Shown here: one piece after another, positions 49,355 through 60,503 of the stretch | Layout: every line of letters starts with the position of its first letter | Position numbering within the stretch: position 1 is the first letter of the stretch | DNA from: Convolutriloba macropyga | Lineage: Eukaryota | Direction of reading: 5' to 3' | Assembly (NCBI RefSeq): GCF_964194025.1 | Contig: NC_134475.1 | Coordinates: 20,212,001 to 20,276,000, forward strand | DNA length: 64,000 nt | The notes under the pieces: model-generated | What the model saw: the letters and a program-made list of their open reading frames with translations, nothing else | What the model was told of the DNA's origin: nothing | Databases searched by the model: none | Position numbers and translations under genes: made by a program

Positions 49355-51920
49355 ATGGAAATGAAGGTTAAAACTTCCGTTTTTGTTAACCGACAATCAT
49401 TCACTATTTCCAGTTGAATATCAGTCTTGAAATATATGTAAAGTAGGGCTATGTGTTTATTGTAAATATATGTAAGTTATGACCATCTGTTTATCAACCC
49501 CATTCTTCAACGTGATATAATGCTTTGTTATAACAGTTACTATGCTCAAATATGAAAAAAGTTAATCTTAATCTCTTTTTTACCACCACGCCTCCGCCTT
49601 CAACAACACTAGAAAACCTCCCTTCATGAAACAAAAACAGCAGATTGCCGAAATAGCTGCAACGGAGACTGTCCAGCTGTCGAATATAACTAGAAACAGA
49701 TGCAGAATTATGTTCTTTTTTGGAATAGAACTCAAACTGCTTATTTAAATTTTGTTGATATCACCTTACTATTACAGTTAAAAAGTCATTGAGAGGGCCA
49801 GGCGAATCATTTTGAATTTTTTTGTTTGTTGCGCAAATCAGGTTTTAACTCACTGCCAATTAGTTGAAAAATGACGCCGTACACATAGAAGCGACAAAAG
49901 AACAGCAAAAATTTCAAAAGAACGCAAAAAGTTCAATAAAAGTGGTGCGTGAAAAATTGTGAGAACAAAAAGAGCGTTATGTGACGAAACAAAAAACTTA
50001 ACAGGTCACGTACTGAATTACAAAGAGAGAAATAAACCTTGGTTAAGACAATTAAGCTTTCTACATAAAACATTAAAATGAGCAAAAATTATGAAATTGA
50101 AAAACTACGAGTTGCGTAAACTAAACACGAGGAAAGGGTTTTACAAGAAAAACATATGTAAAGAACTTCCGGGTAAAAATTTGAGAAACTCTATCGAAAA
50201 CAAGCACAAACAAACTTCTAGGTGAAAACTAAGTGCAGGAAATACAAAACTCACAGGTCAAAAAATGTGAGACAAACACAAAAATCTTTTAATTTTGGCG
50301 AAAATTTTTTTGTCAAATCCGCTTTTGTACATATAGCTTCAAATGGAACCCTTTGGATTAATAAAACTTTTCGTCCATGGAACATACTCCGAATGTCTGA
50401 AAATTGTGACCAAAAGTCAAACATAATATCTGAAAATTTAAACTATGCGTAATTACAAAACAAAAATCACTTTAAATAAATCAAAGACAAGGGGTGATAG
50501 AAAATTATCAAATGTGTCAAATTTTTAAATTTCATTTTTAACGTTATCGGCAACATCGACTGCATATAACAAACTATTAAACAGTTTATCATGTGCATGA
50601 AAATAAAACGCTCTAATATTGGCTATATTGAAACTAGAAGGCAGAGTAGCAAAGGTAGCAACCAATAAGGCAGGGACCCAAAAGTTAACAACAAAATTTT
50701 GAACAATCTTAGATCTGTTTTTTACTTTGGATATCCTTATAAAAAAATTAAAACTACGTCTCCATAGAACACCGCGGCGACCCGCCAGTTATGAAACTCA
50801 AAGAGAAAGACACAAAAAGCAACTCACTGAGCTTAAGTCCTCAATTGAACCTAAGTAGGTGAGCATGACTTAAATTTCATGCATCTAAAAAACCTCACAC
50901 AAAAAATAATCTACTAAAAGAAACAAAGAACGTAGCCGGAAGCCCCTGGAAGGAGCACAAAGCTTTTTACTAAATTGAAATTGAAGTAACTAAAAAGTAA
51001 GAAAGTTTGGAAATATCTACTTTTTTCTTTCTTTACTGAATAACAGGAGCCAAAAACTACAGCCTGGTAGTGAAGTTGAATAAAAGTGTAAACACTCTAT
51101 GAGCGATTAAAGGGGCAGCGAAAAAGAAAATTTGTATCGGTTTAATTTTTAAAAATCAAGTTCAAAAAATTATAAAAATGACAACAATTTTTGGACAAAA
51201 AACTGCTGGCTTTCTTTCAGAAAAAAAATAATTTTTAATAAACACGATATGTTATCAGTAGCGGCAGAATAGATACAAAAATTGTTACAACGAAACTTTG
51301 AAACTTTTGTGTTTGTTATGAAAATTAAAATCAGGAAAAAACTTATGAAAAAATTTCGACTGGAGCTGTCCTATTGACTTTTTCTGGGATCAAAAATTAG
51401 CTAGCAGAACCATATCAATGTCCAATATTAAAGACGAATCCGTTTACAGATTAGCGAAAAAACAGAATTAGTTACCCTGTTGCTCAATTGTACTCAAAAA
51501 GGCTTTGAAAATGCTCAAAAACTTGTTCTCCTTTTTCGGTAATAGGAATCATGGGGGAGTGGATGCTACTCGGGTTAAAGGGGTACGTGGTCGGGGTAGT
51601 TTTAATTCGGGACAGGGTGAGTAAGGATTTTCTGAGGAAGGTCAGTCAAAATGACTTTCCACGTTTTAGGTCAAACTTGTGAACAAACCAGCCTGTTGAA
51701 AAAGATAAAAAACCGATTGAAAACCAATACTCAGTTTCTGTTCGTAGGAGAAAAGCAGAGCAGCAATACGCTGCAACTTCTTTGGATTGGTAAAAACAAG
51801 GCAATATATCTACGCTCATCTTACATTTTTGCTGCTATAATAAAGATGCGCGACGAGTAACAAGCAGTAATAGAAATGACTGTAAGTCGAAAGAATACCA
51901 ACCCAGGTTCAAATTTCCTA

Positions 51921-52121
51921 CCCAAGCCCGCTTCTATCAGACAACAGATCGGGACCCAGTGAGAGAGTGTCCGACTAATCTACTGCCGGGTTATAGAGAT
52001 CCCAATCAAAGAGCCCGGTTAAACGGATGCCGGGTCAGAATCTCATCCATTATCTGCATTATCTGGACAGTCTGATCAGAGAACAATCTATAGTCTGGAT
52101 AACCTGATAGCATCGTCTGGG
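51921..52121. mobile_element. Possible small CCC...GGG MITE
   Basis: TA-CCCA...TGGG-TA with CTATCAG near both ends and internal TCTGAT repeats. The TIR is weak. Confidence 0.4.
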
Positions 52122-52269
52122 TAGTCTGAAGAGAAACCAAGGAGATCTGGGGCTTTCTGGGCGTAACCTGACAAATTTGAGCACCTCTCCTAAGTCTTGG
52201 AATTCTGGTTTTTGCGTAATCAAGGCAGAATAGTCCTCCACGGCTCACAGCAATGAAATTTTTTGACAA

Positions 52270-55200
52270 TTTTTTGTGGTGCCTTTATTGGAGCAGGAAT
52301 CCATTTCTTAACTACTGATTGATCTTTCCAGTAGAAATGCTTGTCTATACAAAAGTCTTTACAGCATTCCTTGTCTTGCTCGATTAGACAGTCTCAAATT
52401 TTTTAGGATGGCTGACTTCGATGTAAGATTACCAAATGGATTTGTAAGATTATCAATTAGACTTTGCGGCTTGAATACTGCACCTATTCCCTCTCCTAAT
52501 ACAGCGCACTCAACTCTCGTGTTGTAATTTGAAATATAATGTGAACTATATGTAATTTTTCCGATGCGTTCAAATGTAACTCATTGGAATCTCTCCATAT
52601 AAATTTGGATAGATTGAGCAAGTTTGTAACTGGATGGCAAAGAACTGCTAAGTTTGGTACAATAAGAGTAGTGTTATTTTGGACAGAACTAATAAAAGGT
52701 CTCAATTGCATGAAATTGGTTAGGGGCGGGTGAATAGAAAATTTTTAACTTTTTGAACGTTATCGACCCATGTGTTTGTAACACAATAAACCAGACATTT
52801 AATTGACTGTTTTGCGATTTCACCTTTTGGTAAGTTTATTGAAATTCTCCTGATCTATTAAATCAAGACAAGCATGTAGATTTTTTGTGATTTGATTTCG
52901 AACCTCGCGAGTCCGTTTTCGCCATATAAAAAACAAGGAGGTTCGGTGATGTGAGTACGCACATAATGTTCCGACCCCGCTCATCCACATTCTTGACTTA
53001 ATTGGTTACCAAATGATGAAGAGATAGAAAACTTTCAAAAACATACACAACGTTCAATAAACAACCAATGAAATACGATAATGCCAAGCTAGAGGGCCGT
53101 GAAAATTGTTGATAATAGGACTACTAGAAAGGAAAATTAAAAAATCAAACAACAAACATTATTTACGATCAAAACTCGATGTCTATAATAGAAAAATCAT
53201 AACAAATTCAAACTCGCATCAGACAAAAACAATAACAAAACAATTTAACCTATACTTCAATAGAAAAGATATGAGACTTGTCCCCAATGCGAGTGGTTAA
53301 CAAGTCGAAAAAAGAGCAAATAGGTGCGAAGTTCGAAAATGCTTTTCCATTTTTTAAAACAATTAATTTCACAGTTATCAATGTCATTAGATATCAACTG
53401 GAACCACTAAAATGTTCATTTATGTCTACAAAGGAAGCAATTGAGACATGTTATTATCTATTGTTCGATTACGCAAAATCTCAAAACCAATGGGATTAAC
53501 GATTATAGTTATAATTTAAAAAGAAAAAGAAACCGAAATCCTTTGAAGTGTACATATATAAAAAAAAATCTAACATTTTATGAAATCTCGTAGTAACAGT
53601 AGTAACAATGCCGAGAAACAAATGTTTATATCTAAAAACGTCAAAAGGATCAGGTTATAGCTCACTGGAAGCGGGATGCGACCTGTGTTTACAGGGACTG
53701 ATAGACAAATCGACCGAAAAACCAATTAAAAAAGACAAAGCTCAAAAACTCAAATTTATTACTGAAAACAAATATTTTCAAAAGTCTTAACAGACTAAGG
53801 ATTACAACAAATAGCAATGGATTAAGTTTCTACACCTCAGGGAGCCAATTGGGCCTGTTAATAATGAAACTAAGTCAGGAGCCCACAAAAAAAACAAATA
53901 CATAAAGAAGCCAACACTTCAAAAAATTTTACGCCAAGACAATGTTCATGGCCTTATAGTTACAGGATGCTACCTGCAAGGATTGTAAATGATCAAATTT
54001 TTTTCATATTAACATCAACGAGTCTTCTTTAAAATGTACTACTAAGACATGACAACAAAGAAACCCAAAAATTGAACAACGTAGAAATCTCGAAGATTTT
54101 TTATGGAAAAAAAGGGGCAAGCAGTCAGTCACAACATATAAACAAGCGCAAAAAAAATTAATCAACAACAGTAATTTAGACATTTATTGAGTGAGGTTGA
54201 GTTACATAGTGACAAAAACAAAAGCAAAAAGAAGACAGATGAAAAAAAATCTTTTTTTAATTTAGTTTGAAAGTCATTGAATCAAACAGTTATAAACTGA
54301 AATCTTTAACTAGGTTGAGTTATACCTCTTGGGGACGCAATTGGGATCTATCGCTATAAAATTCTCAGCCCAAAAAGCATAAACTATTCAACAAAAGCAA
54401 TTCACATATCCAGAGACGCCTTTTTTCGACGTTGTATATTTTCCCTACAATGCTTCCCTTTAATTGTGATAATGGTAGTAATTTGATAAATGAAAAACTG
54501 AAAAACGCGTAGTACCAAAATAAAGAAACCATTAGTTGACTAAAAAACCGTTACGGACATTAATTTAAACTCACAGGAAGTCGGTTTCCGCTTGTTTTTA
54601 TTGAAAGTATGCCCGAAGTTGAAAGATTCTCATTTTTTGCGTTTTTAGAGCTAACTGGATCTTTGATTAAGGACACTAGGTTATTGGGCTACAACAATTA
54701 TAGGAAATGAAAGCGAAACAAAAGAAGTCCATAAAATTTTTACGAAAACAATTTGTAAGAGCCATAAAAACCATGAGCTTAACTCTGAAACCATAGAAAG
54801 ATCCCGTTGGGTTTTGTTTATTGTAATCAGTAACTGTCATTAATTGAGCCCTGATTTTAAATTCCTGTCCATAATTTACATAAAAAACATTTACATAGCG
54901 GCAATTTTTTGAAGAAAAGGTCGTGCCTCATTAAAATCCAAAAAGTTTTATCATAAGGATCCATAGTGAGATCAAGATCAACCCAAATGTTGCTGCGCGT
55001 CTAACAACACACTCAATAGTTGAAATGGTTGCAAAATAGATCAATTCCATTTAAAAGTTTTCAGTTGGTCAAAAAAAGTAGTGCTATTTGTATATTTATC
55101 GAGTTTTAATTGGCATAAAATTTGCAACATTATAACTCCAGAAGACTCTTAAGTCCAGCGGGAGTACAACTAGCTCTCTTTTGCATTTGAGAAGAAAATG

Positions 55201-57530
55201 CTTGCAGTTTTAAGGAGTCTACTTCCAGCAAATTTAGAGCAAGTGGGCTAAAATAAGCAAATTTGGTCCTATTTTTGACGAAAAGAATTTTGAAAAGTTT
55301 AGCATTAATTCTAGCCAAAAAAATCGGATCGAACAATTCAACAACCCACCTCAATCTTCCGAGATAAACTTTATAACAATACAGTTAACAATTTTAACAT
55401 ATTTTAGCAAAGTTGACGAAAATTTGGTCAAAATTGACAAAAATTTGGTCAAAAATGTGAAAAAAAACAGGTTAAATAAGTCTAATATTCACAAAAGTTT
55501 AAACCTAGATAACACCCTATGAAAAGCAGAAACTTTTAAATTTCATATTCTACGCTGGACGGGAGTTTTAAAGATACCACTCACAACTCTCTAAGATTAT
55601 AATATCGATCGGCCAAAATTGTCTGAACAAAAAAAAACCTATTTTAGTATATAGTTCCTCCCTCTCAAGAGGTGTCGGATCAAACAGTGTGTATTCTTCA
55701 GGGGTGCCGACGTCAATTAGACCGTGGAAATCCTTTTTCAAAACTTTAGGTCTCGGTGAATTCAACTCCAATCATGGTGAATTTTAAAAGTTTATCTGTT
55801 GAGGCAGCAAGGTTTGGTTGACTGTACCAGTATTTCAGATCTAATTTAATGATCCATCATTCTTCGGCGTTTTCATTTTTTCGATTGTTTCTTGACTGTA
55901 ATAACTACAGGAGAACAAAACTATCATTGAGTTTAGATTGATCGATGCTTGAAAATTTTTGTTGAACTCGCGATTCGAAGTGTACGAGAATTTTTGTACA
56001 TTTCTGTTGTTTCGGTGTACATTTTTGTCTGTTTTGACGAATTTCGAACCAGCAGCGAATTTGTTTTGACGAATTTGTACTTGCTGTACCTATACGAAAA
56101 ACTCACTTTGAAAACTTAGCTGCAATTTTTATTTATAGAGGCATAGCTCCCTTAATTTATATATGGACTTCTTCTGTGACAATAGGAGTCCGATGTTCAA
56201 GAACATTTCTCTCCCGGTAACTGGTTAGTGACCCTCGCTTTCCATTAGGCATTTATCTGATTTGATTCTCTACCCTCGCTATCAACTAGACAGCTTAAAA
56301 ACCTATAATTTTTTTTGGCTCGTCCTCGAATATTTTGATTCTCTTGTTCTCATCAGAATTCCGGTTTGTGTTTGTTCACGACACGCAAGAGCTCAAATCT
56401 AAAGATTCGTTAAAGACAGATGGACGACCGCTTAAATCCAGCAGAAGTTTTTCTTGTGTTTTACTACGTTTAGTGTCTACATAGGCCTGAATGTCGTATT
56501 GCCTGCGTGTCCACAGTTCAGGTAACGGAATAGTCGAATGATGATGATGGCGTACGCGATTAGCATTTCTCATTGGACAACAAATGAGGATCGCGTTTAT
56601 ATTGAAGCTTTTTTGTGTGTGACAACTCGTTTACCGTTTCCGGTAGGGTTGTTTCTGTCTTTCTTTCCTTAGATGATCTGTAGTCTCCAGCAAAATGATT
56701 CCGTTTAATGCAATTTTTGCATACTCGTCCAGTCCAATTAATGAAGAGAGCGCTTTAAGATGCTTATCGTAAATCAAACGACAATTACTACACTTTTGCC
56801 GGATTCATTCGTCTCTGAGGTTGCCTGGAGTTGTTGCTGCTAGCCGATTGTCGCATGTCCAATGCTGAAACAGTTCGATGTGGAGACTTTGAGATCGCAC
56901 GTACTTGGTTTAAATCCCCTCTATTTCGTTCTCGTTTTGAAGACCTAGATCAATTTTGTTTACCTAAGGCTGATTCAGGGGTGGTTGTTTATTTGTGTAA
57001 CTGTAGATGTCTCGAATATTCGTTGAATTCGAGCATATCTCTCATGAGATATTTCTCAAGATGATTGAGTTGGCAACTTTCCACAACTTTTGATAAAGTT
57101 TTCAGACACCTTTTTTTCTATTGATCCATTGTGTGCGTGTGCATATAGGTGCTTGACTTCCCTGCAGCTCTCGAAGCTGAGTTTAAAGCTTAGTTTAAAG
57201 AGAGAACATAATTTTTGATCCGCCTGTTTCCAAGGCTTGTCTCTGCAGATAGTGCTCAATTCAGTTGTCTTGTGGCATTTTTATGCCCGTTCATCAGGAG
57301 TTGCACAATTCTTGCTCTTCTTCTTCTTTGCCTATGGGTGGAGTAGGATCTACAATAGGTTCCTCGTAGATTGCTAAATGAAGGTGTTCGTCTTTTTATG
57401 GCGGTCCCAACAAGATGGAGAAATCTATCTATTCTCTCTTGCGAGTAACGCAGTTTCCATGTGTTTTCTATTTATCCCACGGAACCATAGGGTCTTGCGA
57501 AAAGCGTTCCTAATAACGGCTCGATGACAA
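52270..57530 (-). mobile_element. Very old Gypsy gag-pol remnant, interrupted by a HINE
   Basis: gag ICRDKPWKQADQK (~57240), knuckle VCKNCIKRNHFAG (~56710), SPVVITVKK (~55900), LKNTHC|FL, and LRPFISSV...IVPNLAVLCHP (ORF 52496-52711). Confidence 0.7.
52931..55683 (-). mobile_element. Helentron-associated non-autonomous element, copy 2
   Basis: On the minus strand: TTGATCCGAC...GAGGGAGGAAC at the 5' end, and GGGGTCGGAAC + hairpin ATGTG...CACAT + CCTCCTTGTT at the 3' end. Inserted in a T-run. Homologous to 18861-21894. Confidence 0.72.
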
Positions 57531-57671
57531 GTGGGTTACGTTACTGTTATTTAGTTGCTTGATGCGCCATATGGTAAACGGATTTGTTTCTACCATCAAC
57601 CCGAGTATCGTGTAGTGATCTTCCATCAGAAAAAAAAACAAGAGGAAGAAAAGTGTAAAAGGACAGCTTTA

Positions 57672-58778
57672 CCCGTACCGAACCTCCAGAGTAGATCAGA
57701 GCTGAAGCAGGGTAATTCAAGCGTTAGGTGCGCTATCACAGCTAGAACAGAGCTCCCCCAGAGTAGGAGACCTCTCAAATCAGGCTCTTGTCTTAACAGA
57801 GTAGAACACAGAGTTGGCCTACTCTGGAATTTGCCTTGACAGAATAGAACCCAGAGAACGTCTACTCTGGAGTCTTTCTTGACAGAGTTGATCACAGAGT
57901 AGGTCTAGTCTGGTGTCAGTCTTGACAGAGTTGATCAGAGAATAAAACATAAAACCACCCGGGTCGAAATGTGAACAGGTCCCAGGTTGCAGTGCCATCC
58001 GGAAGTAACCTCTGATCAGACCATCCCAGACAAAAGTGTATATCACAATGAAGTCCTAGAAAAATTCTCCACTATAAAATCTCTAAAAATAATTAACCGT
58101 TGTTTACTTTTTTCTGAGGTTGACCTAGAAAAAAGAGATCCCAGGACAGGCATCTCTGAGAAATGTAGTCGTACTCTGGGATCTTTCTCTGAAGAGTAGT
58201 TGAGGCCTCCATTGTAGGCCTCCTTTAACAGAACTCTGTCAAGAGTTGTCCTAGAGTAGGCCTGCTCTGAGCCAGCTCTGTCAGTATTTGTCCCAGAGTA
58301 GGCCAACTCTGAGCCAGTTCTGTCAAGAGTTGTCACAAAGTAGGGCTGCTCTGAGCGCGCTCTGTAAATACTTGACCCAGAGTAGGCCACCTCCGTCAAG
58401 AGTTGTCCCACAGTAGGCCTCCTGTGAGCCAGCTCTGACAAGAGTTGTCCCAGAGTAGGCCTGCTCTGAGCCAGCTCTGTCAAGAGTGGTCCCAGAGTAG
58501 GCCTACTCTGAGTCAGCTCTGACAAGAGTGGTCCCAGAGTAGGCCTGCTCTGTCAAGAGTTGTCCCAGAGTAGGCCTGCTATGAGCCCAGCTCTGTCAAG
58601 GATAGCCCAGAATAGTGCTAATCTGGGAGTTCTTCTGCTAAGGGTAACCGCATACTTCTACTCTGTAGCTACTCTGTCAAGCGTAAAAAGTGACCTGATC
58701 AGACTTTGATCCAGCTCTGAGAGTTTCCCTGAATTTACTCTGTTCCAGTTTTGATCTGCTGTGGAGGTAAGGTACGGG
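57672..58778. mobile_element. Foldback-type non-autonomous TIR element (CCC...GGG, TA flanks) with subterminal tandem arrays
   Basis: ~48-bp TIR CCCGTACC..ACCTCCA.AG.AGATCA.A.CTG. Arrays of CTCTGTCAAGAGTTGTCCCAGAGTAGGCC in the right half and inverted CTTGACAGAG in the left half. Confidence 0.85.
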
Positions 58779-59553
58779 TAGTTACTAACCGATGAGTATG
58801 GTGATTTATAAGAGAATGAGGAGACAAAAGAGCATTCATTTCATAAGCATTACTTACAAAGCCAACTGACAAGACGTTACGCCATCTATAATATGTCAAT
58901 CATTTGCGTAACTGTATTAATTCAATGATGTAATGTGAAGTATGAGAGTATGTCAAGTATGTAAAGTAAAGTATGACTCGAGGGCTGCGTACACAATATA
59001 CCATAAAGCACAGAGTTGTTGCAATTGCAAAACTGGTAAACAGATTACCACACGGTTACTATCGCTCTCTGGAAGTTATTCATAAACTCCGATTTATTTT
59101 CTTTCAGCTTTAGTATATACATCTGAGTTGAAAAAGTTGAAAATTAAATTGCGTCTCAAGATTGATATTCAACTCTTTTTTATTGATTTCGATTTTTTAA
59201 ACAGTTTCCAATGATAAATATTTCGAGATAGCTCTAGTTAGAAATTCCAATTACAGATTTTATTGCCATTTTACCATTATAGAATGAAAGAGCCCCATTT
59301 TATTTAAACAGAGGAGAGGGGATGATTACCTTCAAACTGAAATCCGGAATTAAGAATCAATGCTTTTATTGGGCAGAAAATTTAGCACAAAAAACCGCAG
59401 CACGTATTTCACCCCACATGCAGGTTTATAGCATATGGACAAGCTAAAATAACAATGGCTTACAAAAGTTTGTTGCAAATATTATACCCCCACTGAGCTT
59501 GGGGAGAGCACGGCGAGGAGAGGGGGGGCTATAAGTTTTCGCATTTGATTAAC

Positions 59554-59729
59554 CTTGCCCTGCATTCATCTACTGCTTCCTGCCAGGTGACAAAAGAAGA
59601 GCTGAGAGAGTAACAATATCCAGGGGCGGTACCATTTATAGTCACAGTATCGTTTATGTCACATCTGCCACAATCCACAAATCCAATTGATAACAAGCCA
59701 GTTAGAAACACAATCGTCTCTCTGTTCAT
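59554..59729 (-). CDS. Secreted C-type lectin domain protein, exon 1
   Basis: Signal peptide MNRETIVFLTGLLSIGFVDC, then CYSLS...TWQEAVDEC (CTLD N-terminal motif), and donor AAG|GTTAAT. Downstream exons could not be resolved. Confidence 0.7.
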
Positions 59730-60080
59730 TTTTCAAGGTTCGCTTAAGATGGCAGTAAAGATAGCAAAGCAAGTAGAGGGAGTAAACTGTGACCCGATAT
59801 TTGTCGATCAACTGACTGATCTTGTACTTGGATTACGTATACAATTTCAGAACGTCCTTGACTTCTGATCAAAAATCATTATAAAACACGTGATCGGTTC
59901 ATTTTACGTTTAAAAACACATCATTTGACATAAGGAGTATTGACAAATTAATCCTAAACAACTTTGAACTGGCAAAATTCCGAAAATTCGAAAACAAATT
60001 GAAAAGACATTAATTGGTACAAAGAAATTTTTTCGATGCTTTTCCGTTTATTCTCTCCCCTCCCCCGTACTTTATACAAA

Positions 60081-60503
60081 TGTGATATCCCTGACCGTAG
60101 AAATACGTTTCGCGTCACAAATCCACTTAGAAATTGTAGAGTGGATCTGAGGTGCGAATCTAAGTTTTACTAATTTGTGGGATTACCACTTTTAGTTTCA
60201 CTTAGCAATCGTGATGCGATTGCAGACAAAATTATTGAGTGTGGAATTCCTCCTCGAATCCGATAGGATTGCTCTTAGTGTAAAACAGAGTAGATTGAAA
60301 GCAACTGAATTCAATGATAAGATTCTAGAGAATGAATAAATAATCAAAAGTGAGAGATATGAACAAAACTGGAAAGTTGACTTATTAGTCGGCGGCAAAT
60401 TAATTATATGTGAAATATGACTTTTAGCCTGACAAGGGAAAACTTAAATTAATTTAGTACTGAGTAATCAAACATGAACTCAATATGGTACAACCGTACC
60501 ACA
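60081..60503 (-). repeat. 3' LTR of a minus-strand Gypsy element
   Basis: The minus strand reads TGTGG...TCACA, preceded by purine-rich GAGCAGAGGATA (PPT-like). Confidence 0.6.

Noticed and set aside
58043-58525. 160-aa repetitive ORF
   Set aside because: Translation of the tandem array inside the TIR element.
59329-59443. Long second exon for the C-type lectin
   Set aside because: In-frame stop in the required phase and no CTLD motif.
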